A DNA stretch of 64,000 nucleotides. Source: a virus. Taxonomy: Duplodnaviria; Caudoviricetes. Shown piece by piece: positions 17,498 through 27,474 of the stretch. The notes under the pieces were generated by a model, which saw nothing but the letters and a program-made list of their open reading frames with translations, did not search any database and had not been told where the DNA came from. How positions within the stretch are numbered: position 1 is the stretch's first letter; every line of letters starts with the position of its first letter. Location: positions 1 to 64,000 of IMG/VR virus record IMGVR_UViG_3300025084_003379; one strand, written 5' to 3'. The position numbers were made by a program, and so were the translations under genes.

Positions 17498-17983
17498 ATG
17501 GAAAGTATAGAAGAAAAACTACAGTGGATTAAAGGTGATAAGATAGGGTCGGTAGAAGTTATTAAAACTACCGAGGATGGGTGGACTATATTTGAGAGTG
17601 GTGGAAGAATATCAACTAATCTAATATCTGAATTTTTAGAACCTTTGGATGGAGATCCTTTAGATTTTAATTCACCTACACCAGCATCAATAAAAGCAGA
17701 GGTCTATAAAGAAAAATTGCCACCACAAAAAGAAACCTCATCTCCAATAAGAACTCTTTTTGATAAGCAGAAAAAGAATGATAAAGTAAAACTGAATCTT
17801 ACCTTTCCAATAAGTGTCCCTAAAAAGGCTATTTATGAAATTATTAGTTCATCATTTGATAGTGAAGAAGTAAACGAGGAACTAGAATCATTTATTAAAA
17901 ATCAAATATCAGAAGATTTAATTTTGGATAGTCTTTTTGATAGTATTAAAGAATTAATTAAAACTAGATATAAAATTGACTAA
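17498..17983 (+). CDS. Hypothetical protein
   Basis: 161-aa ORF. Confidence 0.75.
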   Translation: MESIEEKLQWIKGDKIGSVEVIKTTEDGWTIFESGGRISTNLISEFLEPLDGDPLDFNSPTPASIKAEVYKEKLPPQKETSSPIRTLFDKQKKNDKVKLNLTFPISVPKKAIYEIISSSFDSEEVNEELESFIKNQISEDLILDSLFDSIKELIKTRYKID

Positions 17984-18019
17984 GCAATTTAAGGTATAAT
18001 ATATAATAAAATCAATCAC

Positions 18020-18394
18020 ATGACACAAGCACCGAATAGAAGACAGAGAAGATTAGCGATGAAGTATCAAGGTATACTAAAGGCGAAAAGAAACTTACCT
18101 TTTAATGAATGGATGAAACTCACAAAGGCATCTATTGATAAAGGTATAGAATTACATAAAGCTAACACTGATGCAGTAGAGAAGAAAATTACAGAACAGC
18201 TTGAGAGCATGGAAGAAAGTAAAATTATAGCATGGAAAGAAGTTGGCTATAATGATAAAGAAATTGAAATGTTAAGAGAAGCTGATGCTATTTTAACTGT
18301 TAAAGATAAAGAATCATGGCATACCGATAAAAAGGTAGCAAGAAAGCTAATGAAAGAAGCAAGAGAATCTTTAAATAATAGACTTAATGATTAA
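18020..18394 (+). CDS. Hypothetical basic/helical protein
   Basis: 124-aa ORF beginning with an NRRQRR motif. Confidence 0.75.
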   Translation: MTQAPNRRQRRLAMKYQGILKAKRNLPFNEWMKLTKASIDKGIELHKANTDAVEKKITEQLESMEESKIIAWKEVGYNDKEIEMLREADAILTVKDKESWHTDKKVARKLMKEARESLNNRLND

Positions 18395-18716
18395 AATCGT
18401 TTTAGAACCTGCAAGGAATGGGGTTATTAAGAGAGTGATCGATGATAATCATGGCGGCGGTAAAGAACAGTGGACTTCAACAGATGTATATGAATCTAAT
18501 GATGAAAGCCGTAATAAGTACGAATATATTATGAAGTTCTTTTGGGAGCTATGCGAGGATCTAGGTTTAGAAGGCGGTAATAAATTTGAAAAAGAAGTAC
18601 TCAGGTTAAAGACGGAATGGGGTACTCATTATGAGCCTAATAAAAAAGAACTAGAAAGTAAAATAAGAGAGCTCCAAGCAGAGATCGATTTACTAACTGA
18701 ATGGAAACAAACATAG
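18387..18716 (+). CDS. Hypothetical protein
   Basis: 109-aa ORF overlapping its neighbours in an operon-like manner. Confidence 0.75.
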   Translation: MIKIVLEPARNGVIKRVIDDNHGGGKEQWTSTDVYESNDESRNKYEYIMKFFWELCEDLGLEGGNKFEKEVLRLKTEWGTHYEPNKKELESKIRELQAEIDLLTEWKQT

Positions 18717-19090
18717 AATTTAATTTTATATACTCAAAGGATGCGGTAAGAGTAAAAACCTTTTTAGGTGCAGTTCCTAGAAATATTGAATGTATTAATT
18801 ACATGGATATTTTTAACAAACTAACCAAGAATGATTTTTATCAATTTGAACCGTCTGACGCTGTTGTATCGTCTTATCTTATGAAGCAGTTGCAAACTGT
18901 ATTGGATAGAAATACTACTTCTTCAATTTTTTATGTACTTGGTAATCTTAATGAATCTACAGTAACAGGTATAAAGACATATGTAGAATCTTTAACCGAT
19001 AGAGAATTAAAATACAACATATATCATTCACCAGAAATTAATGTAAACGGTAGCGCAGATCTATTTGAGAACATTATAGAATTTGAATGA
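18701..19090 (+). CDS. Hypothetical protein
   Basis: 129-aa ORF. Confidence 0.75.
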   Translation: METNIEFNFIYSKDAVRVKTFLGAVPRNIECINYMDIFNKLTKNDFYQFEPSDAVVSSYLMKQLQTVLDRNTTSSIFYVLGNLNESTVTGIKTYVESLTDRELKYNIYHSPEINVNGSADLFENIIEFE

Positions 19091-19650
19091 AAGCCCATAG
19101 AATATTTACAAAAGGCCAAACTGTTTATTGTCTATTATCTTCTTTTAGTAGGCCTAATGTTTTATTACCTATAAAAGGTCTTATCATGGATACGCAGTGG
19201 GATCCTATTAATCCACAGTATCAAATTCGCATTATTAAAATGTATGATAATATGAAATATTTAAAATCCAATTTTTTTGATATGAATTTTAAATATGAGT
19301 TTGATAATAGAGCCAGAAAAATGCCACTTAAAAAAGAAGACTTCAAAAATGTAAAATCATTAGAAGATAGGTTTAATGAAAATGATAGGGAACGGTTTTA
19401 TGTAATAGTAGAATCTGTTATGTGTAAAAAAACTAAAAATGATTTACAAGGTTTATTTGAAAAAGTTCAGTTTTATATAATATCAAAAAACCTAAAAGAA
19501 ATAAGAGATATATCATCAAGGCCATTTTTTAAAGGTTCTCTTTCAACTGATAGCTCACAGGAGTTTAATGCTAGATTTAAAAAAGGTTGGTTAGATAAAT
19601 TCCAAAGAGGTGATATTGACATAGATAAGTATCTCAACAGCTTAAGCTGA
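19087..19650 (+). CDS. Hypothetical protein
   Basis: 187-aa ORF with ATGA overlap. Confidence 0.75.
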   Translation: MKAHRIFTKGQTVYCLLSSFSRPNVLLPIKGLIMDTQWDPINPQYQIRIIKMYDNMKYLKSNFFDMNFKYEFDNRARKMPLKKEDFKNVKSLEDRFNENDRERFYVIVESVMCKKTKNDLQGLFEKVQFYIISKNLKEIRDISSRPFFKGSLSTDSSQEFNARFKKGWLDKFQRGDIDIDKYLNSLS

Positions 19651-19664
19651 ATATATACAAAAAA
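19649..19664 (+). promoter_or_regulatory. Class B (late-like) promoter opening the baseplate module
   Basis: GAATATATACAAAAAA, overlapping the 3' end of the palindrome CAGCTTAAGCTG. Confidence 0.55.
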
Positions 19665-19678
19665 TAAGAGTTTAACTT

Positions 19679-21532
19679 ATGGGAGGTTTTAGTGATGCAG
19701 TAGGTAGTATAAATGATGCGATGTTTCCAACAAACCCTAATAAAAGCACTAGCTTAAAATTAGGTGCATTTGGTGGTGAATCTGCTGGTTTAGCTAAAGA
19801 TATTACAGAAGGTGTATATAAATCATTTTATCAAAATAAAGCAGAAGCCGATTCAATAGCAGTACCATCTGGTATGAAGGCGGAAATTCCTAGATCTATT
19901 TTTAATAAGTTTGCTTTATTTAATTTTAGAGGAATGTATGGTGGTCTTACTGGTGGTGAAGTATTTAATGGTTACTTTGATGGCCCGACAATAGGTACAA
20001 GCCAAGATGGGAAGTCTAGTGAAATAACAGCAACGGCAAATCCTGCTATGGGTGGTGATGCTTCTAAAAGAGTATCTATAGCAAAGTTAATTGAATACTT
20101 TAATACTAATTATCCTAAAATAGGTTATAGTGCTTCTGATTTTCTATATTGTAAATACTATAAAAAAATACCTGTTAATCATCTTGTTACATTAAGAAGA
20201 TTCCCAACACCAGTAGAAGACAATATATTTGACTTAGCAAAAACACCAGGTAGTAAAGATGGTAAAACGGTTAAGACTGATGAAGCTGTTGATGCTACTC
20301 AAGTTGCTGGAGTTACTGCTGTTACTTACTTAGGAGAGAAGAGTGGTAATAAGCTAGAAGATATGTTAACTTTTTCTTATGGTCTTAGTTATAAAGAAGT
20401 TAAATCTGAAATGGAAAGTATAAGTAGTGGTGATGGTGGATATACACAGCAACCAATTTATACTAAAATGGGAAAGGGTGGTCAGGCTTTAGCTGATTCT
20501 CTTAAAGGTGTTAGCTCTAGGCAAAAATTTTCAAAGTCATTAAACGGTACATCTGATAAGCTAGGTACTACATATGCCAACTTTGTAATAGGACCAGTTA
20601 ATGTTGTTAATAAAACAATGATTAGAGATACCGGTTTAAATTTTCAACAAGATATGAAACTTAATTTTGAGTATCAATTAAAATCTCTTAATTATGTTAA
20701 TCCTAAAATTGCAATGATTGATATAATGAGTAATATGTTAACTATGACTTATAATAATGGTCAATTCTTCGGAGGAGGTCAAAGATATTATGGTAGTGGT
20801 GGATATGTATCTAGTCAATTTGGTGACATAAATAAATTAAAACAAGGTGACTTTAGTGGTTATATAGGCAGTGTTGTTACTGATGTAGAAAAAGGTTTTA
20901 GTAATGTTTTTGGTGGAGGTACTGGTGAATTTAATTTACCTAATTCAATAGAAGGATTTAAAAAGGTTGGTAAAACGTTACTAGGGAATGTATTAGGTGG
21001 ATTTTTAAGTTCTAATGTTGGTTCAGTTGGTGGAACACAGGCAACTAAAGCATTAATTAGTGCAGAGCCTACAGGTGATTGGCATGTTACTGTAGGTAAT
21101 CCGTTAAATCCAATTGTAATGATGGGGAATATGTATTGCGATAATTCAGTTATGACATTAGGCCAAGGGTTAGGTTATGATGATTTTCCAATGGAGGTAA
21201 AATTTGAAATAGATCTTAAACATGGTAAGCCTAGAGATAAAGGAGATATAGAAAATATGTTTAATGCAGGTCGTGGTAGAATTTATGCATCGGCTGCAAG
21301 CGAAGAAGATGTACTTAATTTAGCCGGTATAGATAAAGCTACTTATGGCTCAGTTAAACCTAAAGGTGCTAACCTCCAAGATAATCAAAGTTCACGTTTT
21401 ACTGGATCCGCTGCACCTGGCGACGCAAAGAATAGCCAAATAAGCAATATTAAAAATAGCCCACAGAAAGTAGATCGTAGTGTAACTGCTGATTATATTT
21501 CTAGTGTGGTCAGTATGACTATAGATTCATAA
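19679..21532 (+). CDS. Baseplate/tail-tube-associated virion protein (gp48-like position)
   Basis: First gene of the baseplate cluster, Gly-rich central region and tube-fold-like C-terminal strands (FPMEVKFEIDLKH); assigned by synteny. Confidence 0.45.
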   Translation: MGGFSDAVGSINDAMFPTNPNKSTSLKLGAFGGESAGLAKDITEGVYKSFYQNKAEADSIAVPSGMKAEIPRSIFNKFALFNFRGMYGGLTGGEVFNGYFDGPTIGTSQDGKSSEITATANPAMGGDASKRVSIAKLIEYFNTNYPKIGYSASDFLYCKYYKKIPVNHLVTLRRFPTPVEDNIFDLAKTPGSKDGKTVKTDEAVDATQVAGVTAVTYLGEKSGNKLEDMLTFSYGLSYKEVKSEMESISSGDGGYTQQPIYTKMGKGGQALADSLKGVSSRQKFSKSLNGTSDKLGTTYANFVIGPVNVVNKTMIRDTGLNFQQDMKLNFEYQLKSLNYVNPKIAMIDIMSNMLTMTYNNGQFFGGGQRYYGSGGYVSSQFGDINKLKQGDFSGYIGSVVTDVEKGFSNVFGGGTGEFNLPNSIEGFKKVGKTLLGNVLGGFLSSNVGSVGGTQATKALISAEPTGDWHVTVGNPLNPIVMMGNMYCDNSVMTLGQGLGYDDFPMEVKFEIDLKHGKPRDKGDIENMFNAGRGRIYASAASEEDVLNLAGIDKATYGSVKPKGANLQDNQSSRFTGSAAPGDAKNSQISNIKNSPQKVDRSVTADYISSVVSMTIDS

Positions 21533-21544
21533 AAAACTAATCAC

Positions 21545-22087
21545 ATGGATATAAAATCATTAGCATTAAAAAATAGATTAATAATAGATGAAACTGGTGA
21601 AGGATATTGGGACCTTACTGCACCATCATTTATTTATGATTATGAATTAGGTGTAAAGGCTTTGCATTATGTGTTACCAGATCAGATAGGTCGCATTGAC
21701 AAAATATCTGAAATTTATTATGGCAGTGGGGAATTCGTTGATGCATTATGTATTGTTAACAATATCTTTAATCCGTTTAGTGTTAACGAAGGTGATATAT
21801 TATGGATTCCAAATTTAAGAGATCCTAACTTAGTTTATAAAAGACCTAATCCTGCAAGTAGACCTAATGAAGTACAAGAAGCATATGTAGATACAGGAAG
21901 ACAGAGTGAAAAAGATCAATCAAGAATTCAAAGATTAATTGAAAAAGCTAAACAGAGTCCTGCTGGCGTATCACAACCAATGCCGCCTAATATGCTACAG
22001 CCTGGCCAGGAATCAAAAACATACGAAGGTGGTTCAATACAATTAGGTACGAATTTACCATCTAAGAAAACTACTCAGTCTAATTAA
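21545..22087 (+). CDS. gp53: LysM-like baseplate wedge protein (gp53 / tail-X type)
   Basis: GRIDKISEIYYG...LCIVNNIFNPFSVNEGDILWIP. Confidence 0.75.
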   Translation: MDIKSLALKNRLIIDETGEGYWDLTAPSFIYDYELGVKALHYVLPDQIGRIDKISEIYYGSGEFVDALCIVNNIFNPFSVNEGDILWIPNLRDPNLVYKRPNPASRPNEVQEAYVDTGRQSEKDQSRIQRLIEKAKQSPAGVSQPMPPNMLQPGQESKTYEGGSIQLGTNLPSKKTTQSN

Positions 22088-22089
22088 TT

Positions 22090-23577
22090 ATGTCAACTGT
22101 AGAAAGAAACATATTAACTGTAATAGAGCCGACGATAGAACTTGACGAGTTAGAAATAGTTGATCTTGAGAGCGGATCTGAAAACTCGGAAGGGCAAACG
22201 ATGAAAGAAAAACCTTCTAAATTTTCATCTATTGTACCAACGATTGTAATTAATAGTTATACTGTACAAGGTGATCGTTTAAATACTTTTGAATTGAGGT
22301 CAGTTGGTTTTTATCCTACTTGTAGATTTACATTTACTGATAGAGATGGTTTATTTACCGCTAGATTTTTTCCTAAAGATGGTGATATCATTCAAGTGTA
22401 TATAAGATCACAAGGTAATGAAGATACATTTAAACCTATAAGAATTGATTTTACCGTTGAGGATATAAGACCTCTTGGTGGTGGTGGCGTTACAAACAAA
22501 CCACCCGAACTTTTAGTTGAAGGAAGAATGCATGTTCCTAACCTATTTACAGAAAAAGTACAATTTCAAGATAATAATAGTTGGAATTCTTTACTGTCTA
22601 TTGCAGAGGAATTAAAACTAGGGTATGCATCTAACGTAGAAGAAACAGCAGATCAACAGATTTGGACAAATCCATATGATACTTCACAAAGGTTTATACA
22701 AGACATAACTTCAAATGCTTATTTGAATGATGAATCTTTTTTTACTTCTTATATAGATCCTTACTACTATTTAACTTTTGTTGATGCTAATAAGTTTTTT
22801 GGACAAGAAGATGATATAGAAACATCTCAGCAATTTCAACAAAATGCAATAGACACAATAGGAAGTGGTGATGAAAATGAAAGTGATATGACATTTCCTA
22901 ATATGTTAACAAATAATTTACAAACACAAGGTAGTGCAAGATACATTGCAAATTATCAACAAGTTAACAAAAGTGGTAAAATTAGCAAAAATAACGGATA
23001 TAAAAGATATACACAATATTGGGATTTAAATGCAAAAGAATTTATAAGTGAATTTGTAGATCCTATAACAAATGATACACCAGGTATGATACCTGTAACT
23101 AAGGGTAGAACAATTAATGGTGAAGTAGAAGGCCCAAGGAATGAGCAGGTTAAATTTAAATTCTTAGGTACACAAGGTGATAATGTTCATGATAATTATT
23201 ATTATGCATCTATACAAAATTTTCAAAATCTTGCAGAGATTAATAAGCTAGGAATGACCATAGAATTAGATACGGTTAATCCTGCTATTTTAAGATATAG
23301 TAGAATGTATTGTCTAATATATGAATACGGGCAAAATGTAAAAAGTGTATTAACTGCACCTAGTAATAATGAAGATGCACCAAATGATTCTGTCCGTAGG
23401 TCTGATATTGACGGTGATGACAAGAAAAGCCAAAATGGTATTATTAATGAATATCTTAGTGGGTTTTACGTTATTACTGGTTTAGAGTATTTTTTAATTA
23501 AAAATTCTCCAACCGGTGGTTCAGTATTAAAACAAAGAATACATTTACGTAGACGAGAGGTAACACCATCTACATAA
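22090..23577 (+). CDS. Baseplate hub protein (gp27-like)
   Basis: Size and position between the LysM and spike genes; C-terminal SGFYVITGLEY...QRIHLRRRE typical of hub proteins. Confidence 0.6.
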   Translation: MSTVERNILTVIEPTIELDELEIVDLESGSENSEGQTMKEKPSKFSSIVPTIVINSYTVQGDRLNTFELRSVGFYPTCRFTFTDRDGLFTARFFPKDGDIIQVYIRSQGNEDTFKPIRIDFTVEDIRPLGGGGVTNKPPELLVEGRMHVPNLFTEKVQFQDNNSWNSLLSIAEELKLGYASNVEETADQQIWTNPYDTSQRFIQDITSNAYLNDESFFTSYIDPYYYLTFVDANKFFGQEDDIETSQQFQQNAIDTIGSGDENESDMTFPNMLTNNLQTQGSARYIANYQQVNKSGKISKNNGYKRYTQYWDLNAKEFISEFVDPITNDTPGMIPVTKGRTINGEVEGPRNEQVKFKFLGTQGDNVHDNYYYASIQNFQNLAEINKLGMTIELDTVNPAILRYSRMYCLIYEYGQNVKSVLTAPSNNEDAPNDSVRRSDIDGDDKKSQNGIINEYLSGFYVITGLEYFLIKNSPTGGSVLKQRIHLRRREVTPST

Positions 23578-23578
23578 T

Positions 23579-23593
23579 GAATAAATAAAAAAA
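23579..23593 (+). promoter_or_regulatory. Class B (late-like) promoter
   Basis: GAATAAATAAAAAAA. Confidence 0.55.
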
Positions 23594-23604
23594 CAAAATT
23601 ATAA

Positions 23605-24948
23605 ATGGCAGATCCAGGCATTTGGAATCAAGAAATACCAGAAGACGTTACTAATTTGGCTGCAAATTTTCAGAAGTCATTCCCTAACAGTTATGATTTT
23701 GCTAAAACTTTTGTGCAGACACCATCTTCGGTTGCAGGTGGTGGTAATGGTGTAACGAGTTTAGATGATCCTACTTATTTAGGGTTTAACCTTTTGTTTG
23801 ATAGATCATCGGCTTTATTTAACGGAGCATTGGTAGGTAGCCCTTCTATACCAGCGCCACAGGATCCTAATGATTTTAGCGGTGGTGATTCAAATTCAAT
23901 GCTAACTGAATATAACGGATCTGCTGTAGGTTATTTAAATAGACAAGGTGAAACTACCTTAGCAACTTATCTGAAGGCGTTTTGCCAAGGGCTAAAGGAA
24001 ATTGAATCTAAAAGACCTTATTATTTTCAAACGATAGAAGGTTTACAGGAAGCATGGAATAAAACAGTTAATATGACACCGTATGGTGGAAGTGCAGAAG
24101 GTGAAGGTATACAAATAGGTATGTTAGAGGCTATAGATTTAAAAATGTCTGCTTTGTTTAATTTATATAAGTTAGCTTGTTATGATAATAAATACAGAAG
24201 AAATCGTATTCCTGTTAACTTAATGTATTTTAATGTTGATATACAAATAGTAGAAATTAGAAAATTTAAAAGAGTAAGAAATTGGATTAGTTCATTAAAC
24301 CCAAACTCACCTAATAATGAAATGGATAAGTTTGTTAATGAAAATGCATCAATGATAACTTTAAGATTTACTGACTGTTTATGGGATCCTACTGTAAGTG
24401 GTACTACATTTGCTAATGTTTCTAATGATGGTAGTAATTCAATGGCGACGGCTGCAATGAAATGGTCTTATGCTAAAGTAGAAGTATTATCTCAATTTTC
24501 AGGATATGACTCATCTCTTAAAGACACAGCAGAAACAAAGACACTAGGTGACCTTGCTAAAGGTATGGGTAAAAAGTTTTTAGATAAACAAATGGTTGGT
24601 GTTGAAAATTTAGTACAGAGAAAGGTATTTGGGGCATTACAAAATCTTAAGTTTGGTAATGCGTTTGGTTTAAGAAATGACATAATAAATACAATACAAA
24701 ATCCACAAGGACTAGTTAGTTCTTTACAGGGTGCATTAGTACAAGAAGAAACTACACCAGGGTTTGACTCTAATATATCAGATAATATATTTGGAGATGA
24801 TGCAAGTACAGTAGGTGGTTCTGGCCAAACACTTGAGACTAGTAATAATTTTGGTGATAGCCCAGAGCAAACACCCTTTAATGGTGGTACACTATTTTCA
24901 CCACAGCCTTCTGGGCCACCTCTTAACTCAACTAACATATTTGAATAA
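23605..24948 (+). CDS. Virion protein, probable tail-tube initiator (gp54-like)
   Basis: Baseplate context; tube-like segments (YFQTIEGL, FNVDIQIVEIR); assigned by synteny. Confidence 0.4.
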   Translation: MADPGIWNQEIPEDVTNLAANFQKSFPNSYDFAKTFVQTPSSVAGGGNGVTSLDDPTYLGFNLLFDRSSALFNGALVGSPSIPAPQDPNDFSGGDSNSMLTEYNGSAVGYLNRQGETTLATYLKAFCQGLKEIESKRPYYFQTIEGLQEAWNKTVNMTPYGGSAEGEGIQIGMLEAIDLKMSALFNLYKLACYDNKYRRNRIPVNLMYFNVDIQIVEIRKFKRVRNWISSLNPNSPNNEMDKFVNENASMITLRFTDCLWDPTVSGTTFANVSNDGSNSMATAAMKWSYAKVEVLSQFSGYDSSLKDTAETKTLGDLAKGMGKKFLDKQMVGVENLVQRKVFGALQNLKFGNAFGLRNDIINTIQNPQGLVSSLQGALVQEETTPGFDSNISDNIFGDDASTVGGSGQTLETSNNFGDSPEQTPFNGGTLFSPQPSGPPLNSTNIFE

Positions 24949-24951
24949 TTT

Positions 24952-25848
24952 ATGGGGAAATTAACAACAAAGGATTTAAGAGACGATAATCTTAAGGGTA
25001 CACAATGGATCGGTATTGTTGAAGATATTAATGATGATATATTTGAAGGGCGATGTAGAATTAGAGTCTTTGGTAAAATGGATCAAAGACAAGACCCAGA
25101 AGATCCAGCAAGTGCATTTGTTATGCCAACTGCTTCTTTGCCTTGGGCTAGGCCATCTGTAGCATCTTCAGGTGGAAGTAACACTGGTAGTGGTACATTT
25201 TCAGTACCTAAACTAGGAACGATTTTAAGAGTAAGTTTTGATAATGGTAATTATTATGCACCAGTATACCATGAGTCGCTATACCCTTCTGATGAGACTA
25301 AGGCGGAGATAGAGGCAGCTTATCCTAATTCACACGTATTAATATATGACACTGCATTTGGTTTAACTGGTGAGTTAGAATCTGGTAGCCCTGATGTTAC
25401 TAATGAAAGAGAAGGCGAACATATTAAAGTTTTCTTTACGGAAGAAAAAGGTTTAATGATGGATTATACAACAACTGAAGGTCCAACTACAATAAATATA
25501 AAACCTGATAACTCAGTTGAAATAATAAATGCAAACGGTGATTCTATTGTAATGTTAAATGATGGAAATATAACATTTACACACTCCGCCCAATTTACGA
25601 TTAATAGTGGAGCTAATACTGAGATCAATTGCGAGGACGCATTAATTAATTGTAAAAATATGGTTGTTAATCATGCATCATCAATTGAACTAGGGGAAGG
25701 CGCGAGTGAGCCATTAGTACTAGGTAATTTAATGACTACCTTATTTAACACACATACCCATGTTGGTAATCTAGGCGCACCAACTAGCCCACCTACAAAA
25801 CCGATGACTCCTAATGAATTAAGTAAGAAACAGGTTAAATCATTGTAA
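24952..25848 (+). CDS. gp5: Baseplate central spike (gp5/VgrG-type OB fold plus beta-helix, no lysozyme domain)
   Basis: GIVEDINDDIFEGRCRIRVFG...LPWARP...VPKLGTILRVSF; C-terminal HTH (HxH metal-binding apex). Confidence 0.85.
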   Translation: MGKLTTKDLRDDNLKGTQWIGIVEDINDDIFEGRCRIRVFGKMDQRQDPEDPASAFVMPTASLPWARPSVASSGGSNTGSGTFSVPKLGTILRVSFDNGNYYAPVYHESLYPSDETKAEIEAAYPNSHVLIYDTAFGLTGELESGSPDVTNEREGEHIKVFFTEEKGLMMDYTTTEGPTTINIKPDNSVEIINANGDSIVMLNDGNITFTHSAQFTINSGANTEINCEDALINCKNMVVNHASSIELGEGASEPLVLGNLMTTLFNTHTHVGNLGAPTSPPTKPMTPNELSKKQVKSL

Positions 25849-25880
25849 ATATATAAATTAATAAATTAAACTAATAAACT

Positions 25881-26174
25881 ATGCCATTAACTAAGAGTAT
25901 TTTAAATGACGAGCTGATTACTGCATTTTCTGATGCTATGTATAAGTTTCTTGAAATTTCATCTCAGCCTAATGGTAACGAAGGAAAGGATAAGTCAGTA
26001 GAAGCTATTAAAGAAGCATCAGAAACATTTGCAGCTAAAGCATCAACTTCTATAGATGCTTACATAAGATCAGGCTTGGTAACTACTGTCGTGGCTACTA
26101 CTGTTGCTACAACAGGTACCGCAGTTGCTCAAGCAGGTGCCGGTGCAGGTTCAGGTACTGGCGCAATTACCTAA
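25881..26174 (+). CDS. Small spike-adjacent virion protein
   Basis: 97 aa with a Thr/Ala/Gly-rich C-terminus; directly follows the spike gene. Confidence 0.6.
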   Translation: MPLTKSILNDELITAFSDAMYKFLEISSQPNGNEGKDKSVEAIKEASETFAAKASTSIDAYIRSGLVTTVVATTVATTGTAVAQAGAGAGSGTGAIT

Positions 26175-26229
26175 TGAAACTATTTACTAACTCATATGTA
26201 TAACTAATATTAGATGTACAAATATATAA
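26175..26229 (+). promoter_or_regulatory. Tandem class A (TGAAAC-N18-TATAAC) and class B (AATATATAA) motifs upstream of the S1 gene
   Basis: TGAAAC 26175-26180, TATAAC 26199-26204, AATATATAA 26221-26229. Confidence 0.5.
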
Positions 26230-26259
26230 TCTATAATAACACTCTTAATAAAAAAAATA

Positions 26260-27432
26260 ATGATTGAACAAGAAATCACCATCCAATTAAGCGATGATCC
26301 ATTTGACACTAAAGTAATTAAAGTTAAAGTACCTAAAGGAACTAAATTAATGTGTACTGAAATGTATGCAGCCGATGCAATGTCAATGTATGATTTAGCA
26401 GACGATGAGGCTGAACGATTACAGAAATCTGAAGAATTACGAAATTACATTACTCAAGGTGAAATTTCATATATTAAGAAAGAAACACAATTAATAGATG
26501 GCGAGGAAGTTGAAGTAAAAACAGAAGCTCTTATTGATATATCCAGAAAAAATACAGCCATCTGTAATTTAATCAAGGAACCTAAAGAAGTAGTAGACCA
26601 ACTAGAAATTGGTATGGTAATTGACATTAAAGTCAAAGAGCATAAACAAGGTACATTATATGCATCAATTGGAGATGCATTGGATGAGGTTAAACGAAAT
26701 GAAATTTATAATGCTATAGGAAATAAGACGATCGGATTTACTGGTAAAGTAAAAGAATTAATTCACGGTGGGTATTGGGTAGAAGTTGGTGGAGTAGAAT
26801 GTTTTATGCCTGGGTCATTAGGTGGTCTTAATAAATTACAGAATTTTGAAAAGTTAGTAGGTAAAGAATTAATAGTAATGCCAATAACATATTCAAACGA
26901 AAAGAAAACTATTGTAGTATCCCATAGAGAATATTTAAGAACCATGATTCCTTCTGCGGTTGAAACTCTAAGAGAAGAAATTAAAGAACCTATTACTGGA
27001 ATTGTTACTGGCGCTACTAAGTTTGGAATTTTTGCAGAGTTTAACGAATGTCTTACTGGATTAATACCTAAAAATGAATTGGATGAATCGACTTTAGGTT
27101 TATTTGATAATAGAAATATTAAACCTGGTGACGAAATAAATTTCTGGGCAAAAGAAATAATATCAGATAGAAAAATTATCTTGAGTCAAGCTGGTCCTAA
27201 GATTGATTTATGGGATGGTGCCGATGAAAAATACAAACCTATGATGGTTACCGAAGGTAAGGTTACTAAGGTTACTAAATATGGGGCGTTCGTCGAATTA
27301 GAAAAAGGGATAAGTGGACTTGTTCATAGAACTAAATTAAAGAACACTGAACTTAGTAAAGGTGATATTATAAATGTAAAGATTGGTAGTGTTAATGTTA
27401 GCGATCGCAAGATCACTATGAACTTAGTATAA
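26260..27432 (+). CDS. rpsA: Ribosomal protein bS1-like protein with about four S1 domains
   Basis: S1 repeats GKVKELIHGGYWVEVGGVECFMPGS, GIVTGATKFGIFAEF...GLIP and GKVTKVTKYGAFVELEKGISGLVH, plus a degenerate first repeat. Confidence 0.85.
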   Translation: MIEQEITIQLSDDPFDTKVIKVKVPKGTKLMCTEMYAADAMSMYDLADDEAERLQKSEELRNYITQGEISYIKKETQLIDGEEVEVKTEALIDISRKNTAICNLIKEPKEVVDQLEIGMVIDIKVKEHKQGTLYASIGDALDEVKRNEIYNAIGNKTIGFTGKVKELIHGGYWVEVGGVECFMPGSLGGLNKLQNFEKLVGKELIVMPITYSNEKKTIVVSHREYLRTMIPSAVETLREEIKEPITGIVTGATKFGIFAEFNECLTGLIPKNELDESTLGLFDNRNIKPGDEINFWAKEIISDRKIILSQAGPKIDLWDGADEKYKPMMVTEGKVTKVTKYGAFVELEKGISGLVHRTKLKNTELSKGDIINVKIGSVNVSDRKITMNLV

Positions 27433-27438
27433 CCTTTA

Positions 27439-27469
27439 TCCTGGTTTGGAATATATAAACAAATCAGGA
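27439..27469 (+). promoter_or_regulatory. Hairpin with a class B promoter motif in its loop, adjacent to the start codon
   Basis: TCCTGGTTTG / GAATATATAAA / CAAATCAGGA; ATG at 27475. Confidence 0.6.
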
Positions 27470-27474
27470 ACTAC

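Noticed and set aside
24492-24938. 148-aa antisense ORF
   Set aside because: Fully inside a long structural gene, with no promoter or recognisable motif; a shadow ORF.
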